A stretch of DNA of 63,870 bases, filler included, from Sandaracinaceae bacterium (GCA_947483975.1; 4 parts of 4 records of this genome joined end to end with filler, not necessarily neighbours in it); one strand, 5' to 3'. Positions 39,866 to 49,988 are shown, counted from the whole stretch's first letter. Numbers and translations: made by a program. The notes: generated from the sequence alone by a model not told the origin.

Positions 39866-40039
39866 ATGGCCTACGAAGAGTTCATGATCGACAAGCGCGT
39901 GGTGAAGCGGAACATCGCCTCGGGTGTCGTCGACGCGAAGGAGCTCGCGAAGCTCACCGCGGCGCTGCCGGACCGCGCGGCGAACGCCGAGACCATCGGC
40001 TCGGATCTCGAGGACGAAGACGAGGGCGGCGAAGACTGA
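39866..40039 (+). CDS. Small acidic hypothetical protein
   Basis: GAGGAG SD; MAYEEFMIDKRVVKRNIASG...LPD... Confidence 0.7.
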   Translation: MAYEEFMIDKRVVKRNIASGVVDAKELAKLTAALPDRAANAETIGSDLEDEDEGGED

Positions 40040-40071
40040 CGCGGCCCGTCGGCGCGAAGGAGGAGGGCGCG

Positions 40072-40398
40072 ATGAGCGATGAGCAAGGCGGCGAGCCGGA
40101 GAGCACGGACGATGAGCTGCCGGTCCCGGACGACGGCTATCCGCCCGTCGACTTCACGACCTTCGCGCTCTCGCTCGGCACCTCCGCGCTGATGCATCTC
40201 GGTGAGGCGCTGCCCGGCGCGCCGTCGCCTGGGCACGTGAATCTCCCGCTCGCGCGGCAGACGATCGACCTGCTCTCGCTCCTCGAGCAGAAGACGCGCG
40301 GCAACCTGACGGGCGAAGAAGAGCGGCTGCTGACGCACCTCGTCTACGATCTGCGCATGCGCTACGTGGACAAAGCGAAGCAGTCGCCGCGGTCGTGA
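40072..40398 (+). CDS. DUF1844 family protein
   Basis: DFTTFALSLGTSALMHLG, LARQTIDLLSLLEQKTRGNLTGEE, LRMRYV; AGGAGG SD. Confidence 0.9.
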   Translation: MSDEQGGEPESTDDELPVPDDGYPPVDFTTFALSLGTSALMHLGEALPGAPSPGHVNLPLARQTIDLLSLLEQKTRGNLTGEEERLLTHLVYDLRMRYVDKAKQSPRS

Positions 40399-41252
40399 CG
40401 CGCCCGATGGCGGCGCGCGCGCGGGTCGTCGGGACGCGCGCTGCGCTCGGGGCGGCGTTGCTGTTCGCCTTGCCCACGGTGCTGCTGCACGCCGCGCCTG
40501 CGCGGGCGGCGGACGCGGAGATCGAGCGGGCGAGCGCGCTGCTCGCGAGCGGCGACGCGGCGGGCGCGCTGGGCGCCGTCGCGCACGTCGAGGCGCGCAC
40601 GGACTTGCCGGCGGGGGAGCTGATCTCGTTGCTCGTGCTGCGCGCGCGGGTGCACCTCGCGCTCGCGGACACGGCTGCGCTCGCTGTCGATGCCCGCACG
40701 CTCGTCGCCGTCGCGCCGTCGTGGCAGGCGTCGATGGACCTGCCGGAGGCGCTCCGCGCGGCGATCGACGAGGCGCGCCTCGCGAGCCCGGAGGCGCCTT
40801 CGCTCGACGTGGACGTGTACCCGGCGCCGGGCGCGGCGCGCATCGTCATCGAGGTCGACGGCGAGTCGGCGTGCGTGCGCGGCACGCGCGCGGCGTGGCG
40901 CCTCGTGGGGGAGCTGGGCTGGCATCGCACGGTTGAGGCGGAGATCGTCGCGCGCGGGCAGGCGGGCGCGGGCGTCGAGTACTTCGTCGAGGCGCTCGGT
41001 CCGGGCGGGGTGGTCGTCGCGCGCAAGGGCAGCGAGGCGCGGCCCGAGCGCGCGAGCGTGCCCGGGAGCGAGGGCGACGCGACGGGCGGGCTCGGCACGA
41101 TGACGATGGCCGACGAGGGGAGCTCGAAGCTGACCTGGGCCATCGCGGGCGGCGTCCTGGTGGCGGCCATCGTGGTCGTCGTGGTGCTCGTGCTCGCGGG
41201 GAGCAGCGAGCACCGCACCGACCTCGGCGTGCCCGTGCTGGAGTGGCCATGA
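40395..41252 (+). CDS. Exported protein with TPR-like N-terminus and C-terminal TM anchor
   Basis: Signal peptide, VEYFVEA, C-terminal hydrophobic helix; 4-nt overlaps at both ends. Confidence 0.65.
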   Translation: MTRPMAARARVVGTRAALGAALLFALPTVLLHAAPARAADAEIERASALLASGDAAGALGAVAHVEARTDLPAGELISLLVLRARVHLALADTAALAVDARTLVAVAPSWQASMDLPEALRAAIDEARLASPEAPSLDVDVYPAPGAARIVIEVDGESACVRGTRAAWRLVGELGWHRTVEAEIVARGQAGAGVEYFVEALGPGGVVVARKGSEARPERASVPGSEGDATGGLGTMTMADEGSSKLTWAIAGGVLVAAIVVVVVLVLAGSSEHRTDLGVPVLEWP

Positions 41253-41779
41253 GCGCGCGCGTGGCCGTGTTCGCCCTGTTTACGGCGTCGGTCGCGGCGT
41301 GCCTCGTCGCGGGCTGCGCGGACACGACGAGCGCGGCGTCTTGGCGGATTCGCTTCGATCCGGATGGCGGCGTGTCGAGCGCGGACGCCGTGCGCGTGCG
41401 CCTCCGGGTGTTCGCGGGGGGCTGCGAGGGCGCGGGGCTCGTCTATCAGGCGGACCTCGCGCGCACGGACGTGGTGCCGCCCTTCGGTGAGATCGGCGAG
41501 GGCACGTTCGGCTTCGAGGCCGTCGCGCGGGACGCGACGTGCACGGTCGTCGCGCGCGGCTGCACGAGCAAGACGCTCCCGCTCGCGGCCGGCGACGAGG
41601 TCGTGACCGTGCTCGAGTCGGTGGTGCGCGCCGCGCCGCTCTGCGCGAGCAGCGCGTGCACGGACGGCGTGTGCGCGCCGGACGCCGACGGTGGTGGGGC
41701 AGACGCGAGCCTCGCGGACGCTGGGCCCGTCGACGCTGGGCCCGTCGACGCTGGGCCCGTCGACGCTGGCGCGGACTGA
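41249..41779 (+). CDS. Lipoprotein with Cys motif and DAGPV-repeat tail
   Basis: Lipobox LVAGC; ATGA overlap with the upstream gene. Confidence 0.7.
   Translation: MSARVAVFALFTASVAACLVAGCADTTSAASWRIRFDPDGGVSSADAVRVRLRVFAGGCEGAGLVYQADLARTDVVPPFGEIGEGTFGFEAVARDATCTVVARGCTSKTLPLAAGDEVVTVLESVVRAAPLCASSACTDGVCAPDADGGGADASLADAGPVDAGPVDAGPVDAGAD
41717..41769 (+). repeat. 15-bp tandem repeat x3.5 (GACGCTGGGCCCGTC) encoding DAGPV
   Basis: Perfect copies at 41717, 41732 and 41747, plus a partial copy. Confidence 0.9.
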
Positions 41780-41828
41780 GCGCGGAGGGCCCCGCGTCGC
41801 CTCGCCTCCGCGCTATTCTCGCCGCGCC

Positions 41829-44429
41829 ATGACGACGCTCACCCTGCGGCTCGAGACGTACACGAAGGAAGCGCGGCAGCTCATCAGCGCCGCGCAGGCG
41901 CTCGCCGACGAGCGCAAGCACCTCGAGGTCGAGCCGATTCATCTCTTCTATCGGATGGTCGAGCGCGAGGCGTCCGCGCAGGCGGCGCTCGAGCGCGCCG
42001 GCGTCGACCCGGCAGACGTGCTCGTCGAGGCGGAGGCGCAGCTTCGCAGGCTGCCGAAGCTGCCCGACTCGGTCGCGTATCTGTCGCCGCGAATGCTCGA
42101 TCTGCTCGGTCGCGCGGAGGGCGAGGGCGCGCGCTCGGGTGGGCAGCTGGTCAGCGTGCTGCACTTGTTTGTCGCGAGCGCCCAGGAGACGGGCGGCCCG
42201 GTCTTCGGCGTGCTCAAGGCGCTCGGGCTCTCTGCGCCGATCTTGCGGGCGACGGTGTCTGGGCAGGCGGTCGACGACGAGTCAGCGCGCGCGAAGTTCG
42301 GCCTCGGGCCGAAGCCCGCGCAGAGCGCTCCGAGCAAGCCGCTCGGCAACGTGCTCGCGCAGTTCGGGCGCGATCTCACGGCGCTCGCCGCGCACGGCAA
42401 GCTCGACCCGACGGTCGGCCGCGACGCGGAGCTGCGCCGTATTCTCCAGGTCCTCGCGCGGCGCACCGACAACCATCCGCTGCTCGTCGGCGAGGCGGGC
42501 ATCGGCAAGACCGCGATCGTGCACGCGCTCGCGACGCGCATGGCGCGCGGGGACGTCCCCGGGATGCTGCAAGGCAAGCGCCTGATCGCGCTCGAGCTCG
42601 GCGTGATCTTGGCCGGCGCGAAATTGCGCGGCGAGCTCGAGGAGCGGATGCGCGCGCTGCTCGACGCCGTGCGCGACGCCGCGGGCGAGGTGATCCTCTT
42701 CGTGCCGGAGCTCGCGCAGCTCTCGAGCGAGCGCGGCGCCGCTGAGATGCTGAGCACCGCGCTCGCGCGGAGAGAGCTGCGCGTCATCGCCGTCGCGACG
42801 CCCGATGGCGTGAAGAAGTCGCTCGCCGAGAGCGCTCTCGCGCGCCGCTTCGTGCAGATCGACGTCGCGCCGCCGACGCTCGACGAGACGATCGCGATCT
42901 TGCGCGGCGTCGTCTCGCGCTTCGAGATCGCCCAAGGAGTCCGCATCTCGGACCCGGCGCTCGTCGCCGCGGCGACCTTCGCGCGCCGCTATGTGCCGAG
43001 CGTGTCCCTGCCGCGCTCCGCGATCGACCTCGTCGACGAGGCCGCGGCGAGCGTGCGCGTCGAGAACGACAGCGTGCCCGCCGCGCTCGATCGCGTGGTC
43101 CGGCGCATCGAGACGGTGCGCGTGCAGCTCGTCTCGCTCGACGACGACCTCGATGACGCGAGCCTGCGCGCGAAGGCGAAGCTGACCGCCGAGCTAGCGG
43201 ACCTCGAGCCGCGCGCGAACGAGATGCAGGCGAGCTGGCAGGCGGAGCTCGCGTCGATCGGCGCGCTGCGGAGCGTCAAAGAGGAGCTCGCCGCGGCGCA
43301 GCGCGAGGAGGCGGGCGCGCGCGGGGCGGGCAACGCAGAGCGCGCGGATGGCTTCCGCTTCGGGACGATCCCGCTGCTCGAGAAGAAGCTCGCCGCCGTC
43401 GTCAGGCGGCTCGAGGAGGCCGGTCCGGTGCTCGTGCGCGACGTCGTCACCGACCAGGACATCGCGGCCGTCGTCAGCACTTGGACCGGCGTGCAGGTCG
43501 CCAAGATGCTCGAGGGCGAGGCGGACAAGCTGCTGCACATGGAGGAGCGCCTCGCGCAGCGCGTGATCGGGCAGGACGTCGCCGTGCAGGCGGTGTCGAA
43601 GGCCGTCCGGCGCGGGCGCGTCGGGCTCCGCGATCCGAAGAAGCCGATCGGCTCGTTCCTCTTCCTCGGGCCGACGGGCGTCGGCAAGACCGAGGCGGCG
43701 AAGGCGCTCGCGGAGTTCCTCTTCGACGACGAGACGGCGATGACGCGCCTCGACATGAGCGAGTTCATGGAGAAGCACACCGTCGCGCGCCTGCTCGGCT
43801 CGCCGCCGGGCTACGTCGACAGCGAGGAGGGCGGCTTCTTGACGGAGGCGGTGCGCCGCCGCCCGTACAGCGTCGTCCTCTTCGATGAGCTCGAGAAGGC
43901 GCACCCCGACGTCTTCAACATCCTCTTGCAGGTGCTCGACGACGGGCGGCTCACGGACTCGCGCGGCAACCTCGCGACCTTCAGCGAGACCGTGATCATC
44001 ATGACGAGCAACCTCGGCGGGCACCTGATCCTCGAGCACGAGGGCGACGCCGAGTCGCTGCGCGAGAAGATGAACGCGAGCCTGCGCGCGAGCTTCCGCC
44101 CGGAGTTCGTCAACCGCATCGACGACGTCGTGATCTTCGATCGCCTGTCGAAGAAGGACCTGCGCGGCATCGCGGAGATCCAGCTGCGCGGGCTCGGCAA
44201 GCTGCTCGCGGAGCGTCGGCTCCAGCTCGAGGTGAGCGAGGCGGCGAAGGATCGACTGACCGACCTCGGCTACGAGCCAGCGTTCGGCGCGCGCCCGCTC
44301 AAGCGCGTGATCCTGAAGGCGCTGCAGGATCCGCTCGCAGAGGAGGTCCTGCGCGGAGGCTACGGGCCGGGCGACACGGTGCTCGTCGACGTCGACGCCG
44401 ACGGGAAGTTCGTGTTCTCGAAGAAGTAG
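41829..44429 (+). CDS. clpB: ClpB-family Hsp100 AAA+ protein with degenerate NBD1
   Basis: Clp N domain, GEAGIGKT, M domain, GSFLFLGPTGVGKTE, VVLFDELEKAHPDV, GARPLKR. Confidence 0.85.
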   Translation: MTTLTLRLETYTKEARQLISAAQALADERKHLEVEPIHLFYRMVEREASAQAALERAGVDPADVLVEAEAQLRRLPKLPDSVAYLSPRMLDLLGRAEGEGARSGGQLVSVLHLFVASAQETGGPVFGVLKALGLSAPILRATVSGQAVDDESARAKFGLGPKPAQSAPSKPLGNVLAQFGRDLTALAAHGKLDPTVGRDAELRRILQVLARRTDNHPLLVGEAGIGKTAIVHALATRMARGDVPGMLQGKRLIALELGVILAGAKLRGELEERMRALLDAVRDAAGEVILFVPELAQLSSERGAAEMLSTALARRELRVIAVATPDGVKKSLAESALARRFVQIDVAPPTLDETIAILRGVVSRFEIAQGVRISDPALVAAATFARRYVPSVSLPRSAIDLVDEAAASVRVENDSVPAALDRVVRRIETVRVQLVSLDDDLDDASLRAKAKLTAELADLEPRANEMQASWQAELASIGALRSVKEELAAAQREEAGARGAGNAERADGFRFGTIPLLEKKLAAVVRRLEEAGPVLVRDVVTDQDIAAVVSTWTGVQVAKMLEGEADKLLHMEERLAQRVIGQDVAVQAVSKAVRRGRVGLRDPKKPIGSFLFLGPTGVGKTEAAKALAEFLFDDETAMTRLDMSEFMEKHTVARLLGSPPGYVDSEEGGFLTEAVRRRPYSVVLFDELEKAHPDVFNILLQVLDDGRLTDSRGNLATFSETVIIMTSNLGGHLILEHEGDAESLREKMNASLRASFRPEFVNRIDDVVIFDRLSKKDLRGIAEIQLRGLGKLLAERRLQLEVSEAAKDRLTDLGYEPAFGARPLKRVILKALQDPLAEEVLRGGYGPGDTVLVDVDADGKFVFSKK

Positions 44430-44438
44430 CGCCGCGCG

Positions 44439-46391
44439 TCAGCGCCGCTCGCCGCGCCGCTCGCTGCGGCGCTTGTGTCGGTCGCGGAGGCGCGCGGCGA
44501 AGTCCTCGATGCGGCGCTGCGTCTCCTCCGCGAGGCTGTTGTCCTCGGGGTTCCACACGCGCACGAGGTTCACCGTCAGCACGACGTTCGCGAGGCTCAT
44601 CGCGAGGTGCACCGCGCGCGGCTGCCAGGCGGCGACGAGGAACGCGACGAGAAAGCCGCCCGCCGCCGGCGCGATGCGCGACTCGAGCATCACCGCGACG
44701 TTCGCCGCCATCACGAACCACAGAAACAGCAGCGCGACCTGAAACTGCACGATCTCGAAGTCGAGCAACGTCGCGCCCGCGGCGAACACGAGCTGCGCGA
44801 TGAAGAGCAGCAGCACCGTGCGGCTCATGCGGCGGTTGAACGCGGTCTTGGTCAGCGTGTCGCGCGCCCAGAAGCCGATGCCGCCGAGGATGACGAGGAA
44901 GGCGAGCGACCAATAGACCCAGCGCTGGATCGTCGGATGATCGCTGACGACGCTGCTGACCAAGGGCACGGTCGACCACACGGCGCCGAGCCCGAGCGCG
45001 AGCACCGTGCGCGTTCGCCGGCCGACCTCGGGCAGGAAGTCCTGCGCGGCGCGGGCGAGCTTGGCGCGCTCGAGCTCGTGCCGTTTTTTTGCCTCGGTGA
45101 CCCGCGCGACGAGGTCCGCGGGCGGACGGTCGAGCTCTGCGAGCAGCGCCGCAGCCGCGCGCGCGTCGTCGTCATCGAGCTCGTGCTCGACGAGCAGGAG
45201 CGTCGCCTCGCGCAGCCCCGCGCTCGCGAGCTCGTTCTCGCGCCAGGTCCGGAGCGCCTGCTGAAAGCCGAAGCGCGCCGCGCCGAACAGGTTGTAGAGC
45301 GTGTCGCGATCGATCGTCTCCGCCGGTCGCTCGAGCTCGACGCGCAGCTCCTCGAGGCGCTGCGTCGCGTCGCTCGCGAGCTGCATCGAGCCGCGGTGTT
45401 GCAGGTAGCCGTGCACCGCGAGGCGCAGCTGCTCGGCGTTCTCGAAGCGCGCGTCGGGGTCGGCGTCGAGCGCGCGCTGACAGATGCGCACGAGCTCCGC
45501 GGGCGCGAGGTCCGGGAACGCGGGCTTCGAGAGCGCGATCGAGCGCAGCAGCGCCATCAGCGTCGGTCCCTCGTGTGGCGGGTGCCCGCAGAGGATCTCG
45601 TAGAGGAGCGCGCCGAGGAGGTACACATCGGTCCGCTCGCTCAGAGGCGGCCCCGCGCCGAGCATCTCGGGGGCCATGTACGCGGGCGTGCCGGCCATCT
45701 CGCGCGCGTCCGCGGCGAGCGGGAGCCGCCCGCTGCCGTCGTCGATGAGCGACACGGCGATGCCCCAGTCGAGCACGTAGACCTCGCCGAAGGAGCCGAT
45801 CATCACGTTCTCGGGCTTCAGGTCGCGGTGCACGATCCCGCGGCTGTGCGCGAAGTGCACCGCCTGCGCGATCTGCTCGAAGATCGAGAGGTTCCACTCG
45901 AGCAGCGCGCGTCCGCCGAAGCGCTCGCCGACGCGCTTCTCGTCGCCGATCAGCGCCGCCCACTCGACGCCCTCGATGCGCTTGAGGACCAGCCGCGGGC
46001 CGCCGTGCTCGTCGACGCCGAGGTCGTAGACCGGCACGACGTTCGGGTGCTCGAGCGTGCCGGTGATCCACGCCTCGCGCAGCAGCTTGAGCGTCATGCG
46101 CTGCGTGCGCGCCTCCTCCTTCAGCGACTTGACCGCGACCTTGCGGCCGAGCGCGACCTGCGTCGCGAGCCGCACGATGCCCATGCCGCCCTCGCCGAGC
46201 GTGCGCTCGAGCTGGAGGCCGCCCGCGCCGCCGAGCGAGACGCGCGTGAGGACCTCCATCGCGCGCTTCTCGTTCTCGTCGGCGGTGGACGTGCGCGGCT
46301 CGATCGTCGCGCGCGGGTTCTGTTGGATGGTGTCCGCGAGCGGTCCGAAGCGGTCGAGCGTCGCGTGCAGCGCTTCTTCATCGAGGAGCAT
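44439..46391 (-). CDS. Membrane Ser/Thr protein kinase
   Basis: LGEGGMGIV, VAVK, HRDLKPEN, LDWG, GTPAYMAPE; C-terminal TM helices. Confidence 0.92.
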   Translation of the reverse strand: MLLDEEALHATLDRFGPLADTIQQNPRATIEPRTSTADENEKRAMEVLTRVSLGGAGGLQLERTLGEGGMGIVRLATQVALGRKVAVKSLKEEARTQRMTLKLLREAWITGTLEHPNVVPVYDLGVDEHGGPRLVLKRIEGVEWAALIGDEKRVGERFGGRALLEWNLSIFEQIAQAVHFAHSRGIVHRDLKPENVMIGSFGEVYVLDWGIAVSLIDDGSGRLPLAADAREMAGTPAYMAPEMLGAGPPLSERTDVYLLGALLYEILCGHPPHEGPTLMALLRSIALSKPAFPDLAPAELVRICQRALDADPDARFENAEQLRLAVHGYLQHRGSMQLASDATQRLEELRVELERPAETIDRDTLYNLFGAARFGFQQALRTWRENELASAGLREATLLLVEHELDDDDARAAAALLAELDRPPADLVARVTEAKKRHELERAKLARAAQDFLPEVGRRTRTVLALGLGAVWSTVPLVSSVVSDHPTIQRWVYWSLAFLVILGGIGFWARDTLTKTAFNRRMSRTVLLLFIAQLVFAAGATLLDFEIVQFQVALLFLWFVMAANVAVMLESRIAPAAGGFLVAFLVAAWQPRAVHLAMSLANVVLTVNLVRVWNPEDNSLAEETQRRIEDFAARLRDRHKRRSERRGERR

Positions 46392-46483
46392 CTGCGCCCG
46401 AGCGTACGCGGCCGGTGCCTGGGCGCGCCAGCCAAGCCCCGCGCGCTTGCGTTGTGCGCCTCGCCTGGCAACGCTGCCTCCCC

Positions 46484-47329
46484 ATGACTCACCTCGCTGT
46501 CCTCGGTACGGGCCTCCTCGGTACGGGTTTCGTCGAATCGCTCCTCGCGCGGGGCTTGCCGGTCGTCGCGTGGAATCGCACCGCCGCGAAGGCCGCACCC
46601 CTCGCGGCGAAGGGCGCGCGCCTCGCGACGAGCGCCGCCGACGCCGTGCGCGGCGCCTCCCGCGTGCACCTCGTGCTCACCGACGACGACGCCGTCGACG
46701 CCGTGCTCGCGGCGATCGGCCCCGCTCTCACGCCCGGAGTCTGCGTCCTCGACCACACCACGACGCTGCCCGCGCGCACCGCCGAGCGCGCGGCGCGGCT
46801 CGCGCAGGCGGGCGTCACCTTCCTGCACGCGCCCGTGTTCATGTCGCCGGGTGCGGCGCGCACGGCCAAGGGGATCATGATGGTCGCGGGCCCGACGGCG
46901 CTGTTCGAGGCGGTCAAGCAGGACCTCGCGCCCATGACCGGCGACCTCTGGCACGTCGGTGAGCGCGCGGACCTCGCGGCCGCGTACAAGCTCTTCGGCA
47001 ACGCGATGATCCTGTCGATGATCGGGGCGCTCGCCGACATCATGCAGATGGCCGATCAGCTGCACGTGCCGCGCGGCGACGCGAGCGCGCTCTTTCAGCG
47101 CTTTCAGGTCGGTGGGGTCGTGCAGCTGCGCGGGCCGAAGATGGCCGCGCTCGACTTCAGCCCCTCGTTCGCGCTCGACGTCGCGCGCAAGGACGTGCGG
47201 CTGATGCTGGAGTCCCTCGGTGAAGCGCCGCCCGCCGTGCTCGCCGGCCTCGCGGAGCGCATGGACGCGCTGATCGCCGCGGGTCGCGGGGCGGAGGACT
47301 TCAGCGTGCTCGCGGCCCGCGACGCGTGA
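46484..47329 (+). CDS. NAD(P)-dependent 3-hydroxyisobutyrate/6PGD-family dehydrogenase
   Basis: AVLGTGLLG, WNRT, APVF, KLFGN, KDVRL. Confidence 0.9.
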   Translation: MTHLAVLGTGLLGTGFVESLLARGLPVVAWNRTAAKAAPLAAKGARLATSAADAVRGASRVHLVLTDDDAVDAVLAAIGPALTPGVCVLDHTTTLPARTAERAARLAQAGVTFLHAPVFMSPGAARTAKGIMMVAGPTALFEAVKQDLAPMTGDLWHVGERADLAAAYKLFGNAMILSMIGALADIMQMADQLHVPRGDASALFQRFQVGGVVQLRGPKMAALDFSPSFALDVARKDVRLMLESLGEAPPAVLAGLAERMDALIAAGRGAEDFSVLAARDA

Positions 47330-48270
47330 GCGCCGACGTCGCGCAGCCTGAACGGAGCAGCCGAGGCAGCGCGTGGGCGCTCGGCGGGTTGCTGGCGCTC
47401 GTGCTCGGCTGCTGCGTCGCGGGCGGCCTCGTCGCCGTGCTGCGCGAGGGCGGCAAGTCGGGCGAGGTCCCTGCGGCAGGCAGCGCCGCCGACGGTGCGC
47501 GCGAAGAGCCCGCGAGCGTCGATGGCCCGTTTCACTACGCCGCCGTCAGGCGCACGCGCGAGGCGGCGCCCGCGGTCAGCGACGTCGTGCTGCGCGTGAC
47601 TCCGACCGAGCGCGCGCCCGACCCAGGAGCGCAGCCGCCGCCATGCGACGACTCCTCCGGCGCGCTCGCCAGCCTGCCCCCAACGGCGCCCCCCGCGCCC
47701 GAGCCCGTCGAGCCCGTGCCTCCCGCCATCGAGTCACGCTTGCGCGCGCTCGGCTTGCTCGGCACGCCGAAGCCGAACGGCCCCGTCGCGCAGACCGCGC
47801 TCGACCTGCTCGAGCAGAGCGGGCGAGCGCTCCGCTTCGCGCGCGTCGGAGTGCCGTACGCGCAGACCGCGGCCGCCCTCGCGGCGCTCGCGACCCCCGT
47901 GCTCGACGACGTCCTCTTCCGCGCCGACACGGCTGGCAAAGACGCGACGGGGCAGGGCGGCGAGCCCGACCGCCTCATCGCCTGGTCGCGCGGCGAGCGC
48001 TTCGCGGTGACGACCGATCCGTCGCTCGACTGGGAGAACCTCGAGGGCCTCGTCGGCCTGCTGAACGTCCTCGCGCGCTCGCGGCAGAGCAGCGTGCGCT
48101 TCGTGCTGAACGACCCCGACGGCAGCGCCGAGGTCGTCGTCGGCCTCGAGCGCAGCCTCCGCGCCGCCGTCGCCGAGGGCCTGATCGAGCTGCGGGTCGA
48201 CCCCGTCGCGCCTCGAGAAGCGCCGGCGGAGCAGCTGCTGAGAGCGCTGCGGGGGGAGGCGGGGGAGTAG
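47326..48270 (+). CDS. Hypothetical membrane-anchored protein
   Basis: N-terminal TM, Pro-rich linker; GTGA overlap with the upstream gene. Confidence 0.6.
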   Translation: MSADVAQPERSSRGSAWALGGLLALVLGCCVAGGLVAVLREGGKSGEVPAAGSAADGAREEPASVDGPFHYAAVRRTREAAPAVSDVVLRVTPTERAPDPGAQPPPCDDSSGALASLPPTAPPAPEPVEPVPPAIESRLRALGLLGTPKPNGPVAQTALDLLEQSGRALRFARVGVPYAQTAAALAALATPVLDDVLFRADTAGKDATGQGGEPDRLIAWSRGERFAVTTDPSLDWENLEGLVGLLNVLARSRQSSVRFVLNDPDGSAEVVVGLERSLRAAVAEGLIELRVDPVAPREAPAEQLLRALRGEAGE

Positions 48271-48422
48271 GGGGGAGGCGGTGGCGTTTCCGAGAGCGCG
48301 ACTTGTCGGCGTTGACTTCGAGAGGCCCCTACGCCAGCCTACTTTCGTCGCGCAAATGCCACTCATCCTCTCCGGACGGCGAATGAAGCGCTCTTTCCCC
48401 GGGAAACGGGGCACCTGACGCC

Positions 48423-49142
48423 ATGCGCAGAGTGGTCATTTCACAGCCGATGTGGTTTCCTTGGGTTGGGCTGCTGGAGCAGATTCGGCTCGCGGACGTA
48501 TACGTCCATTACGACGACGTCCAGTTTTCCAAAGGCTCGTTCGTGAATCGCGTGCAGCTCAAGGGGCCCCATGGCGTCGAGTGGATGACCATCCCCCTCG
48601 AAAAGCTGCACTTGGGGCAGACAATCCAAGAGCTGCAGGTCCGTGACACAGTGCCCTGGCGGGCCCACCACCTCGAACAGCTCGAACGTTCGTTCGATGG
48701 TGCGCCGTTCGCCGAGGACGCGTGGACGCTCGCGCGAGCGGTCCTGCAGACCAACACCAGCTCCGCTTGTGACCTCGTCATCGCCAGTCTCGAGGCGCTC
48801 GCCGACTACTTCGACATCGGTCCTCGCCCCCTTCGACATCGCTCCTCCACGCTCGGCGTGCCAGGCCGCAGCTCGGAGCGCGTGCTTGCGACCGTTCGCC
48901 ACTTCGACGGCGATGTGTATGTGAGCGGCGCTGGCGGTCGAGCCTACCTGGACCACGAGGCCTTTGAGGCCGCAGGAGTCCGCGTCGAGTACATGAATTA
49001 CCTCAAGCTCGCCTACCCACAGGGGCACGGCGCGTTCACTCCGTTCGTATCGAGCCTGGATCTGATCGCTCATCGGGGGCGCGACGGTCGCGCCAACCTC
49101 GCGTCCGAGTCGGTGTACTGGAAGGAGCTTCCTTCGCCATGA
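48423..49142 (+). CDS. wbqC: WbqC-like protein
   Basis: ISQPMWFPWVG, YDDVQFSK, YVSGAGGRAYLD, YPQ, SSLDLI. Confidence 0.88.
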   Translation: MRRVVISQPMWFPWVGLLEQIRLADVYVHYDDVQFSKGSFVNRVQLKGPHGVEWMTIPLEKLHLGQTIQELQVRDTVPWRAHHLEQLERSFDGAPFAEDAWTLARAVLQTNTSSACDLVIASLEALADYFDIGPRPLRHRSSTLGVPGRSSERVLATVRHFDGDVYVSGAGGRAYLDHEAFEAAGVRVEYMNYLKLAYPQGHGAFTPFVSSLDLIAHRGRDGRANLASESVYWKELPSP

Positions 49143-49897
49143 GCGAAATCGCTAAATTCTTCGCTGAGGTCGCGCGCAACGTCGAGGGTCTCAAGGCCGA
49201 CCCTGACCTACTCCCGTTCTCGCGAATGTGGCTCCGGGCCGTCGGAGCCCACGGCTATTCCTACAATTTCACCTGGTGGGGGCGGCCGATCATTCAATTG
49301 CCGCAGGACATCCTTGCGATGCAGGAACTGATTCTGCGGATCCAGCCCGACGTGATTGTGGAGACTGGCGTGGCTCACGGCGGTTCACTCGTGTTCTCGG
49401 CGTCGATGCTCGAGTTGCTGGGCGGCGACCGGACCGCGATCGGGATCGACATCGACATCCGCTCCCACAATCGCGCGGCGCTCGAGGAGCACCCGATGCG
49501 TCGCCGAATGCACCTCGTCGAGGGCTCCTCCATCGACCCCGCCGTGGTCACCGAGGTTCACCGTCTGGTGGCGGGCAAGCGAGCCCTTGTCTTTCTCGAT
49601 TCCAACCACACACACGAACACGTGCTGGCAGAGCTCCGAGCTTATGCACCGCTCGTGGACGAGGGCAGTTACGTGGTCGTGTTCGACACTCTCATCGAAG
49701 ACCTACCCGAAAGCTTCTCCGTCGGTCGCCCCTGGGGCCCTGGAAATAACCCAAAGACGGCCGTCCTAGCGTATCTCCGTGAATGTGACCGCTTCGTCGT
49801 CAACGACGACATCGACGCGAAGCTGCAGTTGTCGGTGGCCCCGTCGGGCTACCTTCGGTGTGTGAAGAACGCCTCTGCGTCGGGTCCCGCCGCTTGA
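49139..49897 (+). CDS. CmcI/cephalosporin hydroxylase-family SAM-dependent sugar O-methyltransferase
   Basis: YNFTWWGRPIIQLPQD, IVETGVAHGGS, LDSNHTHEHV, WGPGNNPKTAV. Confidence 0.9.
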   Translation: MSEIAKFFAEVARNVEGLKADPDLLPFSRMWLRAVGAHGYSYNFTWWGRPIIQLPQDILAMQELILRIQPDVIVETGVAHGGSLVFSASMLELLGGDRTAIGIDIDIRSHNRAALEEHPMRRRMHLVEGSSIDPAVVTEVHRLVAGKRALVFLDSNHTHEHVLAELRAYAPLVDEGSYVVVFDTLIEDLPESFSVGRPWGPGNNPKTAVLAYLRECDRFVVNDDIDAKLQLSVAPSGYLRCVKNASASGPAA

Positions 49898-49988
49898 TCA
49901 ACTCCGCTGCCTCCGCTGCGTTTGTGCCCAGAGAGGGGCCTCACAGTCGCGGCGTGGGCCTAGTTTGTGATTCACGCGTGAGGCTTTC

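Noticed and set aside
48277..48288. ops/JUMPstart-like GGCGGTGGCGTT upstream of the glycan operon
   Set aside because: Mismatch at the conserved A of GGCGGTAG, and G-rich matches arise easily by chance here
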